Of a stretch of 64,000 bases of DNA, positions 8,646 to 18,605 are shown piece after piece. Position 1 is the first letter of the stretch, and the number at the start of each line of letters is the position of its first letter. The translations under genes and the position numbers were made by a program. Below the pieces are notes generated by a model, which was not told the DNA's origin, ran no database searches, and saw only the letters and a program-made list of their open reading frames with translations. The DNA comes from an uncultured bacterium (GTDB lineage: Bacteria; CSSED10-310; CAZUFC01), in contig CAZUFC010000016.1 of the NCBI GenBank assembly GCA_964619725.1, forward strand, positions 33,563 through 97,562, written 5' to 3'.

Positions 8646-9998
8646 ATGAAAGCAAAATCGGCATTATTCATTATCTTACTGGCGCTCGTGATATCGGGGA
8701 CGTTTTCATTCAGTTCAGATGCTGTTCTGGCTGAAGAGGGGAATGAGCCTGTGGCGAAGATAGGCGAAGAGACGATCACAGTATCCGATCTGGAGGCAAA
8801 GATTGAAGAAATCCCATCTTATGCGCGTAAGAATTTTTTGAAGAAGGAAGGCAAGCAAAAAATTCTTGAAAACATGATAAAGGGGAAACTTTTGTATAAG
8901 GCGGCAGTGGATGCGGGATATATGGAGAAGCCGGATATAAAGGAAAAAATCCGAGAAGCGCAGGAAAAGATACTTCAGACGGAATATTTCAAGAATGAGG
9001 TAAAGGACAATCTGGGCGTAGAGGAAGAACGTCTGAGGGAATACTATGAAGAACACAAGGATGAATATTCGACGGCGGCACGCATGAAGGCGGCCCAGAT
9101 TCTCGTAGACAGCGAGGAGAAGGCCCGGGATATACTGAAGCAGCTAAAGGACGGCAAGGATTTCAGCGAGCTGGCGCAGCAGGAATCTCTGGATTTAAGT
9201 TCTGCAAGGCAGGGCGGTCAGCTAGGATATATCAAGGCGGGCGGATACATAAGAGGACTGGGCAAGTCTGAGGAATTTGAAGAAGCGGCCTTTTCATTGA
9301 AGGAGGGCGAGGTCTCCGAACCCGTGAAGACGAGCAAAGGCTGGCATATCATAAAATGCATCGAGAAGGAGCCTGCTTCTCAAAAACCTTTCGACGAAGT
9401 TAAACGTGATATCGCAGGTGAAGTAATGGTAACGGATAAAGAAATAAGAAAGGCTTATGAAGAGAACCGTGAGGAATACAAATCACGTGCCCGCGTAAAA
9501 GCCAGGCACATAGTGTTGTCAACCAAAGAAGAAGCTGAAGCCGTACGTCAACAACTTCAGGAAGGCGCTGATTTCGAAAAATTAGCGGAAGAAAAATCGG
9601 AAGACAAGGCCTCAGCATCAAAGGGCGGAGATATCGGATATATTTATGAAGACGGCTACATTAGGGGCGTCGGTAAAGATAAAGCATTTGAAGAAGCGGC
9701 TTTCAGCCTTGAAGAGGGCGAGATAAGCGAGCCCGTTGAGACCAAGAAGGGGTGGCACATCATCACGATCACTCAAAAAACTCCTTCACAATACAAGAAT
9801 TTCGACGAAGTCAAGAATCAGATCAGAGACAAAATGTTGCGGGAATACAAGGAGAAGTCTCTTGACCGTAATTTCGAGAATTTAAAGGAAAAATACAACG
9901 TGCAGGTGTTCGAGGAAAACATCCAGGATTCGCCTGATCTGGAAACGATGGAGGAAGAACCAGAAAGCAGAATAAATCCTCTGGATATTCCTGAATGA
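8646..9998 (+). CDS. Exported peptidyl-prolyl isomerase/foldase (PrsA/SurA-like) with two parvulin domains
   Basis: SD GAAGGAG before ATG 8646; signal peptide; two repeats of A.(Q/H)I.........A......L..G.DF..LA...S.D..SA..GG..G.I ... FEEAAFSL.EGE.SEPV.T..GWHII. Confidence 0.92.
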   Translation: MKAKSALFIILLALVISGTFSFSSDAVLAEEGNEPVAKIGEETITVSDLEAKIEEIPSYARKNFLKKEGKQKILENMIKGKLLYKAAVDAGYMEKPDIKEKIREAQEKILQTEYFKNEVKDNLGVEEERLREYYEEHKDEYSTAARMKAAQILVDSEEKARDILKQLKDGKDFSELAQQESLDLSSARQGGQLGYIKAGGYIRGLGKSEEFEEAAFSLKEGEVSEPVKTSKGWHIIKCIEKEPASQKPFDEVKRDIAGEVMVTDKEIRKAYEENREEYKSRARVKARHIVLSTKEEAEAVRQQLQEGADFEKLAEEKSEDKASASKGGDIGYIYEDGYIRGVGKDKAFEEAAFSLEEGEISEPVETKKGWHIITITQKTPSQYKNFDEVKNQIRDKMLREYKEKSLDRNFENLKEKYNVQVFEENIQDSPDLETMEEEPESRINPLDIPE

Positions 9999-10008
9999 TG
10001 AGATAAGG

Positions 10009-10057
10009 AAACGGCGGCTGCGGCAGGCGCTTCCGCCGACTGCCGCAGCAGCGTTTT
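10009..10057 (+). terminator. GC-rich stem-loop downstream of the PPIase gene (terminator or mRNA stabiliser)
   Basis: GCTGCGGCAG (10017-10026) pairs with CTGCCGCAGC (10040-10049), followed by AGCGTTTT. Confidence 0.55.
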
Positions 10058-10146
10058 CTGAAGAGTCCGCAGGATTTTACAAGCAGAAGCCGGTAATTTA
10101 TCGGCTAAGATCGAGTTGATCATATATCATCGCCGGAAGCATCAGA

Positions 10147-11202
10147 ATGAATAGAAACACAATTTCGAAATATTCATCAAAAGAACGCGGACGCAATTGC
10201 GGCTTAACTTCGGAATGCAACCGTCTTTCGTTAATGCTGACTTTACTGACCGCAGCGGTTTGCCTGTGTATTTGTAATTTGCTTCCAGGTTTAACCGCGG
10301 CAGAAGAAACCGGCATCGCGGAGGAGGTAAAGTTATCGGCATCAGTTGATTCGTTTAAGGCGCCGTTGAACAGGGACGTTGAATTATCGATTGAGCTTCA
10401 ATGGACGGGCGAGATGGGCGATTTTGAATTTGAGGAGCCTGATTTTGAACACAGAGACGGTTTTCACGTCCGCTCCGTATCATCTGCGAATCAGCGACAG
10501 TCATACGGCGACAGCTTCAAAGTATTGAAGAAATATTTATTCAAGTTACGAGCGGAAGATACGGGAAAGCTGGAAATACCTCCGGTAAAAATCCGCTACA
10601 GGCCTTTGCAGTCCGGGGCATCTGAGGAAGACCTTTCATTTCGGGAAGAGGCAAGGATTCTAAGCACTTCGCCTATCCTGGTCGACATAGGATCGCCGAT
10701 TATTTCAGAGAACTTGCAATTATCCAGGAGTCTGGTTGTTTTCGTCTGCATCGTCATAGTGCTGGTAATCGGCGGAATAATTTTTATCAAGCTGAAGACT
10801 CGCCGTACAGGTGAAAAACTGGAAGAAATGATGGAGGAAGATGCCCTGACGCGAGGTTTAAATTCGATAAAAGAAGCGGACCAGCTCAGGTACAGAGGCG
10901 AATTCAAGCAACTGGCGCTTAAATTCGAGGAGATACTGACAGGCTTTATAACGGAAATGGGAATTGAAGTATCGGGAAACGACATTGAAGCGTCAATGGA
11001 AAAGTTGGAAAGAGAGGGAATAACCGAGGAATCGCTCAAGGGAATTGAGTGCACGCTCAAGCTGGCGAACCTGGTGAAGTTCGCCGGTCATGTTCCCAGC
11101 CCGGAAGAGCTGTCGGAAGCCGCCCGGGATGTGGAGAGCACACTCAGAAAATGGCCGATACCAGGCGTTGAGGAGCAAACAAAGAAAATCTCAAAATCTT
11201 GA
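10147..11202 (+). CDS. BatD-like domain membrane protein
   Basis: Signal peptide, LSASVD start of an Ig-like domain, GKLEIPPVKIRY, TM helix, NLVKFA tail; true start may be downstream. Confidence 0.7.
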   Translation: MNRNTISKYSSKERGRNCGLTSECNRLSLMLTLLTAAVCLCICNLLPGLTAAEETGIAEEVKLSASVDSFKAPLNRDVELSIELQWTGEMGDFEFEEPDFEHRDGFHVRSVSSANQRQSYGDSFKVLKKYLFKLRAEDTGKLEIPPVKIRYRPLQSGASEEDLSFREEARILSTSPILVDIGSPIISENLQLSRSLVVFVCIVIVLVIGGIIFIKLKTRRTGEKLEEMMEEDALTRGLNSIKEADQLRYRGEFKQLALKFEEILTGFITEMGIEVSGNDIEASMEKLEREGITEESLKGIECTLKLANLVKFAGHVPSPEELSEAARDVESTLRKWPIPGVEEQTKKISKS

Positions 11203-11214
11203 GAGGGAATTGAA

Positions 11215-12207
11215 ATGCATCAAGAAGAAATACGAAAACTTCACGAACTAATAAACGAAAAATCGGAATTCGTAGAGACTATTTTCGATCAGATACGTCA
11301 AGTCATCGTCGGTCAGAAATATTTAATCGAACGACTTCTAATTGGTCTTCTGGGAGACGGCCATATACTGATAGAAGGAGTTCCGGGACTGGCGAAAACG
11401 CTATCGGTAAAAACTCTATCGGATTCCATATCCGGCAAATTCCAAAGAATTCAGTTTACTCCGGACATGTTGCCCGCCGACCTGATAGGCACCATGATTT
11501 ATAATCAACGCGAAGGAACTTTCGTTGCGAAAAAGGGTCCATTGTTCACCAATCTTGTTCTGGCTGATGAGATCAACAGGGCTCCGGCGAAAGTCCAAAG
11601 TGCGCTGCTGGAAGCGATGCAGGAGCGTCAGGTGACCATAGGAGAAACGACCTATCCTTTGGAAAAGCCGTTTTTGGTGTTGGCGACGCAGAATCCCATC
11701 GAACAGGAGGGAACGTATCCTCTGCCTGAAGCGCAGGTGGACCGTTTCATGTTGAAGCTGAACGTAACTTATCCGAGCAAGGAAGAAGAGAGAGCCATTC
11801 TGGACAGAATGACGGGTATGGAAGAGCCGAAGGTGGACAGCGTGATAACGCCGCAGCAGATTGTGGAATCCCGGAAAATAGTGAACCAGGTTTATGTGGA
11901 TGAACGGATAAAAAATTATGTCGTGGATTTGGTTTTCGCTACCAGGTATCCCAAAGATTACGGTCTTGAGGAACTGCAGGACCTTATCCGGTACGGAGCC
12001 TCACCCCGTGCGACGATTTATCTGACGACGGCCGCCAGGGCCCATGCTTTCATCCGCCGGCGAGGCTATGTTACGCCGGAGGATGTGAAAGCAATCAGCC
12101 TGGATGTTTTACGGCATCGGATCATTTTAACGTATGAGGCTGAAGCGGAAGAGAGAAGCGCCGAGGATGTCGTCGGCCAGATACTGGATACGGTGGAGGT
12201 CCCGTAG
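11215..12207 (+). CDS. moxR: MoxR-family AAA+ ATPase
   Basis: HILIEGVPGLAKT, RIQFTPDMLPAD, LADEINRAPAKVQSALLEAMQE, ATQNPIEQEGTYPLPEAQVDRF. Confidence 0.97.
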   Translation: MHQEEIRKLHELINEKSEFVETIFDQIRQVIVGQKYLIERLLIGLLGDGHILIEGVPGLAKTLSVKTLSDSISGKFQRIQFTPDMLPADLIGTMIYNQREGTFVAKKGPLFTNLVLADEINRAPAKVQSALLEAMQERQVTIGETTYPLEKPFLVLATQNPIEQEGTYPLPEAQVDRFMLKLNVTYPSKEEERAILDRMTGMEEPKVDSVITPQQIVESRKIVNQVYVDERIKNYVVDLVFATRYPKDYGLEELQDLIRYGASPRATIYLTTAARAHAFIRRRGYVTPEDVKAISLDVLRHRIILTYEAEAEERSAEDVVGQILDTVEVP

Positions 12208-12296
12208 GGCATAATTCATGCCGGAATATATCCGAGATACATGGGATTGAGCGGCTATTCAGAGTATGAAGTTTCATTATTTGGAAATATCGGATC

Positions 12297-13181
12297 ATGA
12301 TACCCAAGGAATTGCTGAAAAAAATCAGGCGCATTGAGATTTATACCAACCGTATGGTCAATGAGGTCATTGCAGGTCAATATCAGAGCGTGTTCAAGGG
12401 CCGCGGAATGGAGTTCGACGAAGTCAGAGAATACAGACCAGGCGACGACATAAGAACGATCGACTGGAATGTTACGGCCCGCATGGGAAGCCCTTACGTC
12501 AAAAAATACGTTGAAGAGCGTGAACTTACCGTCATGCTGCTTGTGGACGTCAGCTCATCAGGCTCCTTCGGCTCGTTCAATCAAATGAAAGGCGAACTCG
12601 CCGCAGAAATCTGCGCTTTACTCGCCTTCTCCGCGATTAAAAATAATGATCGCGTCGGCCTGCTCGCCTTTACCGACCAGGTTGAAAAATATATTCCCCC
12701 CAAAAGCGGATCAGAACATGTGCTTCAGATCGTCAGAGAAATACTCTATTTCAAACCTAAAAGGACGGAAACCGACATCGCCGGCGCGCTTGATTACCTG
12801 AACAGAATTCAAACGAAAAAAGCAGTTGTTTTTCTTGTATCAGACTTTCTTTCCGGAGAATATGAAAAACCGTTGAGAATCGCCAATAAAAAACACGACG
12901 TCATAGCGATATCCGTTTCAGACCCCAGAGAAATAAGCTTGCCGCCCATAGGCATTCTGGAACTTGAAGATGCCGAAACTGGCGACATCCTGGTCGTTGA
13001 TACGTATGACTCCCAGTTACTGGATCAGTTCTCTGCCACATCAGAGGAAAACAGAAACAGCCGCACGGAAATGTTCAAAAAAATGGGTATCGATCACATA
13101 GAAATCTTTACCGATAAACCCTACCTTAAACCGCTGGTTCTCTTTTTCAGGGAACGGGCCAGGAGATTAAGGGCGCTGTAA
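12297..13181 (+). CDS. DUF58 domain protein (vWA-like MoxR partner)
   Basis: GRGMEFDEVREYRPGDDIRTIDWNVTAR, YVEERE, LVSDF. Confidence 0.95.
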   Translation: MIPKELLKKIRRIEIYTNRMVNEVIAGQYQSVFKGRGMEFDEVREYRPGDDIRTIDWNVTARMGSPYVKKYVEERELTVMLLVDVSSSGSFGSFNQMKGELAAEICALLAFSAIKNNDRVGLLAFTDQVEKYIPPKSGSEHVLQIVREILYFKPKRTETDIAGALDYLNRIQTKKAVVFLVSDFLSGEYEKPLRIANKKHDVIAISVSDPREISLPPIGILELEDAETGDILVVDTYDSQLLDQFSATSEENRNSRTEMFKKMGIDHIEIFTDKPYLKPLVLFFRERARRLRAL

Positions 13182-13245
13182 GCTGGAGGATTATGGTCGA
13201 TTATGCATTGTCTTTCGTTCAATTTATTATTCTGGAGAATCTAAA

Positions 13246-14211
13246 GTGAAAAGTCTGGTCATAGTCAATACCGTCATTTTATTACTGCTGCTCGGAACTG
13301 TCGGATATATGCTGACGGATCAGTCTGAAGAACAATATCGGGAGGACCCCGAATGGATAAAGGAGTATGCTGCCCTGCTGACTTCAAAAGAATTGTATGA
13401 GCAGGCGATTGAGGCTTATAAAAGGTACGCCGAATTTTCAGGCATAGGACTGGACCGTCGCATCAACGCCAATTACATGATCGGAAAAATCTACCAGGAA
13501 AACCTCAAGGATTATGAAAACGCTCTGGCTTATTTTTACAAAGTCAAACAATTTCGCCCTTCCGGCGACCTCATGAATGAAACCAACCGCAACATCGTGG
13601 AATGTCTTGAAAGAATGCAGAGAAGCTCAGACGCTCAACGGGAACTGGACCGCATAACCAGGCATGGAGCGGAAGCCGAGGCGAAAGAAGAGGAGGGAGT
13701 GGTACTGGCGCGCATTGGAGATGAATCGATAACGCTTGAGGAAATAAGAGAAAAAATAACTGAATTGCCTGAAGATTCGGCTGAGTCATTTACGACCTGG
13801 GACGGATTCAGAAATTTTCTGAGGAATTACGTGGCCGAGGAAGTAATATACAAAGCGGCTTTACGACAAAATTTACAAAAATCGCCGGAAATCAGGGAGA
13901 AAATTGAGGAAGTGGAGAAAGCCTTATTGGTGCAAAAGGTTATCGAAACGGAACTGGCCGACAACGTTGAATTGCCTGAATCGGACCTGAGACTCTATTA
14001 TAAGGCTCATAAAGATCGTTACAAGAAACCCGCTGCAGGCGATTCAGAAGAAGAAGAGATAATGAGTTTTGAAGAAGCGCGTCAGAAGATCGCTGCCGAC
14101 CTGGCCCGGGAAAGGGGAATGGAGGTTTGGCAAAACTTGATCAACAGGCTTTCTGCAGCAGAGGACGTAGAATTTTATGAAGAAAGAATACCGGAACATC
14201 CTATGGAATAG
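13246..14211 (+). CDS. Membrane-anchored TPR protein with a SurA/PrsA N-terminal-like chaperone region
   Basis: N-terminal TM, TPR-like helices, then VLARIGDESITLEE... resembling the N-terminus of the 8646 PPIase; no parvulin core. Confidence 0.65.
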   Translation: MKSLVIVNTVILLLLLGTVGYMLTDQSEEQYREDPEWIKEYAALLTSKELYEQAIEAYKRYAEFSGIGLDRRINANYMIGKIYQENLKDYENALAYFYKVKQFRPSGDLMNETNRNIVECLERMQRSSDAQRELDRITRHGAEAEAKEEEGVVLARIGDESITLEEIREKITELPEDSAESFTTWDGFRNFLRNYVAEEVIYKAALRQNLQKSPEIREKIEEVEKALLVQKVIETELADNVELPESDLRLYYKAHKDRYKKPAAGDSEEEEIMSFEEARQKIAADLARERGMEVWQNLINRLSAAEDVEFYEERIPEHPME

Positions 14212-15211
14212 AATCCTGATTGTGCTGATTCTGAGTCTCGCTGCAGCGCCATTGAGCCAAGCACAGGATGAGGACGCGGAAAAACCGGAACTAACGGTGA
14301 AATCGTCTGTGGACAAATCCGTCATCACTATGGGTGAACCGCTGATTTATTCCCTGTCCATTGAGGCTTCGGAAGACGTTTCAGTTAAATTGCCTGATCC
14401 GGGAATAAACCTGGGTAAATTTGAAATTCGAGACTACACGGCAGTACCTCCTTCCAAAATTGAAGGATATGTGAAGTATGAAACCAGGTATGAAATCACT
14501 TTGTACTATGTCGGAGAGTATGAAATTCCTCCGGTTCAGGTAAATTATGTGGATGCTGAAGGCGAGGAAAAAAGCATTCGCTCAGAACCTCTCAAAATAA
14601 AAGTGACCGGCATAGCGCCGGAAGATGCTCAGGATATTAGAGACATTAAGAATCCTGTGTTGATGGAGCGGGACCTGTCGAAAGTCTATTATCTCATCGG
14701 TGCGATATCAGGGATAATTTTAGCTGCAGTTGCAGCATTGCTTTATGTGCGTTATCGCCGCCGGAGCCGGCTCGAACCGGTAGTGACGGAGCCTCCCGTT
14801 CCTCCGGATGAAGAGGCATTGCAAGCCCTCCAGAAGTTAAAGGAAAGTGACCTGCTGGAAAATTCTCAATACAAGGAATGGTTCGTAAGATTCTCGGAAA
14901 TCATGAAAAAATTCATGGGGCGACAGTTCGGTTTTCCTTATCTGGAAAGGACGACGGAGGAAATCCTGGATGACGTGCACAAGGCTTCGGTTCCGGACGT
15001 ATGCGTACAGATATTTACGAAACTGCTGGAGAGGAGCGACCTGGTCAAGTTCGCCAAATTTCATCCTCACGATGAAGAGATAAACGAAACGCTTGAAATG
15101 GCTGAAACACTTATATCTGAATCGAAAAAAGGAATGTTGCTGCATTATGTGAAAACTGAAGGCGGTTCGACCGAAACCGTCAAGAGGACGGAGGTGAGTT
15201 CGGGACAATGA
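14177..15211 (+). CDS. BatD-like membrane protein upstream of batA
   Basis: Signal peptide, VKSSVDKSVITMGEP, IRDIKNP + TM, ERTTEEIL, SDLVKFAK. Confidence 0.8.
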   Translation: MKKEYRNILWNRILIVLILSLAAAPLSQAQDEDAEKPELTVKSSVDKSVITMGEPLIYSLSIEASEDVSVKLPDPGINLGKFEIRDYTAVPPSKIEGYVKYETRYEITLYYVGEYEIPPVQVNYVDAEGEEKSIRSEPLKIKVTGIAPEDAQDIRDIKNPVLMERDLSKVYYLIGAISGIILAAVAALLYVRYRRRSRLEPVVTEPPVPPDEEALQALQKLKESDLLENSQYKEWFVRFSEIMKKFMGRQFGFPYLERTTEEILDDVHKASVPDVCVQIFTKLLERSDLVKFAKFHPHDEEINETLEMAETLISESKKGMLLHYVKTEGGSTETVKRTEVSSGQ

Positions 15212-16200
15212 GGTTTGCGAATCCGGAATTCTTTTTGCTGCTGGCGTTTCCCGTCGTCGTTTATCTTATCGGAGCGACCCGGTTCCGTTTTCGTTTCGCT
15301 TCATTACGCTTTTCCGATTTCAGGCTTCTAAAAGGAGTCAGGTCCTCCAGGGGTTTGAAGAAGCTCCGTATTCTAAAAATACTCCGCGCAGCGGCGCTGT
15401 TGTTCTTCATTACAGCGCTCGCCAGACCTCAATCCGGAACCACTCATCAGGAAATACTCAGTGAAGGAATCGACATCATGCTCGCCATTGATATTTCGGG
15501 AAGCATGAGAGCGGAGGATTTTCAACCTGACAATCGTCTTGAAGTCGTTAAACGTGTCGTATCCGACTTCATCAACGGTCGAATGCACGATCGCATCGGT
15601 ATGGTCGTGTTTGCCGCAGACAGCTTTACTCAATGTCCGCTGACGCATGATTACGGAATATTAGAGGAATTTCTGCAGCATGTGGAAATCGGTATGGTCA
15701 ATGAAGATCAGACGGCCATCGGAATGGCTCTCGCCAACTGTATCAACAGGCTTCGCGATTCGGAAGCCGACAGCAAAATAATTATTCTTTTGACCGACGG
15801 CGTCAACAATGCCGGCAAAATTGACCCGCTGCACGCCGCACGCCTGGCTGAAACCATGGATGTTAAAATATACTCCATCGGCGTCGGCTCCAGAGGCACC
15901 GCAATGGTCCCCGTCTCCGATCCCATTTTCGGCAAAAGAATGGTTCCCATGCAGGTGGAAATTGATGAAAAAACCCTTAAGGAAATCTCTGACTTAACGG
16001 GAGGAGCCTATTTTCGAGCTACAGACCCCAAAAAACTGGAAGAAATTTACGACATAATCGATGAAATGGAAAAAACCGAAATTAAAACCCAGGAATACAC
16101 CGAATACAGCGAACTGTTTTACTGGTTCATTCTGGCAGGTTTGCCTTTTCTCGTTCTCGAAATCTTTTTAAGTCAAACCCGACTCAGAAAACTTCCATAA
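15208..16200 (+). CDS. batA: BatA vWA domain protein
   Basis: MRFANPEFFLLL, ALARPQ, DISGSM MIDAS motif, QCPLTHD, TAIGMAL, LLTDG. Confidence 0.93.
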   Translation: MRFANPEFFLLLAFPVVVYLIGATRFRFRFASLRFSDFRLLKGVRSSRGLKKLRILKILRAAALLFFITALARPQSGTTHQEILSEGIDIMLAIDISGSMRAEDFQPDNRLEVVKRVVSDFINGRMHDRIGMVVFAADSFTQCPLTHDYGILEEFLQHVEIGMVNEDQTAIGMALANCINRLRDSEADSKIIILLTDGVNNAGKIDPLHAARLAETMDVKIYSIGVGSRGTAMVPVSDPIFGKRMVPMQVEIDEKTLKEISDLTGGAYFRATDPKKLEEIYDIIDEMEKTEIKTQEYTEYSELFYWFILAGLPFLVLEIFLSQTRLRKLP

Positions 16201-16210
16201 GGATGCTGTC

Positions 16211-17260
16211 ATGATAACCTACGGACAATCCGGCCCTCTTTTAACTCTCTCGTTATTTCTGATCTTCGGACTAACGCCGCTTATCATTCTTTTGCTTTTA
16301 TACGGCAATCACGCCAAAAAGAAAGCGCTGCAGAAATTCGCAGAAAACCGTCTGCTGCAGCGACTCACATCAGCGGTTTCCCGCCGCAAACAGATGCTCA
16401 AGATGACCCTGATCGTCGTCGGCCTTTTCCTTGCCGTCTATTCTTTCGCAAGACCGCAATGGGGTTCGCGTAAAGAAATGGTAAGGATGAAGGGTCTCGA
16501 CATTTTCATAGCCGTCGATACGTCTCTCAGCATGAACGCGACAGACGTGAAACCCAGCCGGTTGCAGAAGGCGAAAGGAGAAATAGAAGCGCTGCTGGAC
16601 AAGATGCGCGGAGACAGAGTCGGGCTGATAGCCTTCGCCGGTACAGCCTTCGTTCAATGTCCTCTTACGGTCGACTACGGAGCGCTTCGAATATTCCTTA
16701 ACATATTGGATACCGATCTCATTCAATATCCGGGCACCGCGCTTGAAAAAGCCATACGCACCGCTGCCGACAGCTTTGAAACAGGCGACAGAAAGCATAA
16801 AGTCCTTATCCTGATGACCGACGGCGAAGGACATTTGGGCGACCCGGTTAAAGCGGCAGAAGAAGCCGCTGCAGAAGGAATTCGCATATTTACTATCGGA
16901 TTCGGGTCTCCCCAGGGCGAGCCCATACCCATCAGAAACGAAAGAAATGAAGTCGTCGAATACAAAAAAGACAAAAATAACCAGGTCGTCGTCAGTAAAC
17001 TGGACGAAACGACCCTGGAAAAAATCGCGCTGCTCGCCGACGGAACATATTATCGAGCCACTACCGAAGAAAGCGAACTGGATAAAATCTATGAAGAACT
17101 CCAGCAAATGGAAAAACGGGAAATGGGATCAAAACTTTTTACCAGACGCGAAGACCGCTATCAGATATTTCTCCTGCTGGGAGTTCTTGTTCTTTCCGTC
17201 GAAGCTGTTTTAACCGACCGCAAAACAAAGGGTGAAGAATGGAAAGGAAGATTCGTATAA
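16211..17260 (+). CDS. batB: BatB vWA domain protein
   Basis: ARPQWG, DTSLSM, DVKPSRL, QCPLTVD, MTDGE, VVSKLDETTL. Confidence 0.92.
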   Translation: MITYGQSGPLLTLSLFLIFGLTPLIILLLLYGNHAKKKALQKFAENRLLQRLTSAVSRRKQMLKMTLIVVGLFLAVYSFARPQWGSRKEMVRMKGLDIFIAVDTSLSMNATDVKPSRLQKAKGEIEALLDKMRGDRVGLIAFAGTAFVQCPLTVDYGALRIFLNILDTDLIQYPGTALEKAIRTAADSFETGDRKHKVLILMTDGEGHLGDPVKAAEEAAAEGIRIFTIGFGSPQGEPIPIRNERNEVVEYKKDKNNQVVVSKLDETTLEKIALLADGTYYRATTEESELDKIYEELQQMEKREMGSKLFTRREDRYQIFLLLGVLVLSVEAVLTDRKTKGEEWKGRFV

Positions 17261-18027
17261 AAATCCTTCATATAGCTTTCGCCTGCTCTGCGCTGCTCTT
17301 TTCCGGATGCGAAAATCTGGAGGATCAACTCTGGAAAACCACCAGCGAAGGCAACCAGCTCTACAAGGAAGCTGAATATGATGAAGCCTTGAAAAAATAT
17401 ACAAACGCACAACTCGAAGCCCCGGAATCGAAAATCCTTCACTTTAATATCGGCGACGTCTATTACAGATTACAGAAGCATGATCAGGCCATTGAAAGCT
17501 GGCAGAAAGCCGTAGCAGCCGATTCGCACCAGCAACGCGCTGATGCCTGGTACAACATCGGAAACGCACATTATCAAAAAAAGGCATGGATAGAAGCTAT
17601 TGATTCTTATAAAAGAGCCCTGGATATCGTGCCGGACCATGAAGATGCAAAATTTAACCTGGAACTGGTCCGTCGCCGGCTTAAATCTGGTCCTTCCGAA
17701 GAAGCCCTGAGATATAAAAAAGAGATTGAAAAGCTCGTCAAAGAGAAAAAATACGGAGAAGCCTGGAATGTGACGGCTGAAGCGCTTCAAAAAGATGAAA
17801 CTTTCCAAAAATTAGGCGATATGATAATGAGGGTTTACGAGCTGGCGGGCATTTTTGATCCGGAATCAGTTCAGAATCAGCAGTTGAAGATTCAGCCGCC
17901 TGGAGGCGCCCCCGGAGGACAAACCGGCCCCGGCCCTGGTCCCCGAATCAATCCCATGCCCCCGCCGAAACAGACGCCTATACCTATGAAAACGCCTCTT
18001 CCCCGCCCTAAGGGAGTTAAAATATGA
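17239..18027 (+). CDS. batC: BatC-like TPR lipoprotein (N-terminal part) with Pro-rich tail
   Basis: Lipobox FSGC; GNQLY..AEY.EA...Y, FNIGD.YY, WYNIGNA.Y, DAKFNLEL. Confidence 0.75.
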   Translation: MERKIRIKILHIAFACSALLFSGCENLEDQLWKTTSEGNQLYKEAEYDEALKKYTNAQLEAPESKILHFNIGDVYYRLQKHDQAIESWQKAVAADSHQQRADAWYNIGNAHYQKKAWIEAIDSYKRALDIVPDHEDAKFNLELVRRRLKSGPSEEALRYKKEIEKLVKEKKYGEAWNVTAEALQKDETFQKLGDMIMRVYELAGIFDPESVQNQQLKIQPPGGAPGGQTGPGPGPRINPMPPPKQTPIPMKTPLPRPKGVKI

Positions 18028-18602
18028 AAAAAATAACGATTAATGCCGGAATCCTCATATTCTGTTTGTGCTTTTATTTACCGGGAATTTTCAGTCAAAA
18101 CTCTGATGGACAACTGACCGACCCGGACGATGCTTTTCAAGACAATATGCATGGGGCCGCCTTCACATTTTTCAAAGGCAATTACGGAAAAGCTATGGAC
18201 ATGATCGAAAAAGCGCTCGAACTGAAACCGGATGATGAGCAATGCCGGCAATTGAAAGAAAAAATAGAAGAACGCCTTAAGCAACAGCAACAGCAGCAGC
18301 AACAGCAGCAGCAGCAACAGAATCAGGACAGCGAACAGGAAAAGAATGGACAGGAAAACCAGGAAAATCAGGAACAGCAGGAACAGCAGGAACAGCAACA
18401 ACAGGCTCAGGCAGGCGAACAGTCAGACGAGGAAAAGCAGGGTGAGGAGGAGCAGGAGGCAAAGGCGATGACGGCCGAAGAAATTTCAAAGGAGGAAGCT
18501 GAAAGGATTTTGAATGCATTGGAAGATGATGAGGAGGAAATACAGAAGGATGTGCGGCGCAGATTAACGGGAGGCGCCAGAAGCGTTGAGAAGGACTGGT
18601 AG
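18024..18602 (+). CDS. Secreted TPR/Gln-rich protein matching the BatC C-terminal region
   Basis: Signal peptide, one TPR, poly-Q and Q/E-rich tract, ISKEEAERILNAL...VEKDW ending typical of BatC. Confidence 0.7.
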   Translation: MKKITINAGILIFCLCFYLPGIFSQNSDGQLTDPDDAFQDNMHGAAFTFFKGNYGKAMDMIEKALELKPDDEQCRQLKEKIEERLKQQQQQQQQQQQQQNQDSEQEKNGQENQENQEQQEQQEQQQQAQAGEQSDEEKQGEEEQEAKAMTAEEISKEEAERILNALEDDEEEIQKDVRRRLTGGARSVEKDW

Positions 18603-18605
18603 ATT

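Noticed and set aside
16370-17107. Long antisense ORFs such as 16370..17107, 46592..47197 and 58076..58708
   Set aside because: Shadow frames opposite well-supported genes, with no motifs.
18282-18420. CAG/CAA tract as a phase-variable or novel repeat
   Set aside because: In-frame mixed-codon Gln/Glu-rich linker typical of BatC C-terminal regions.
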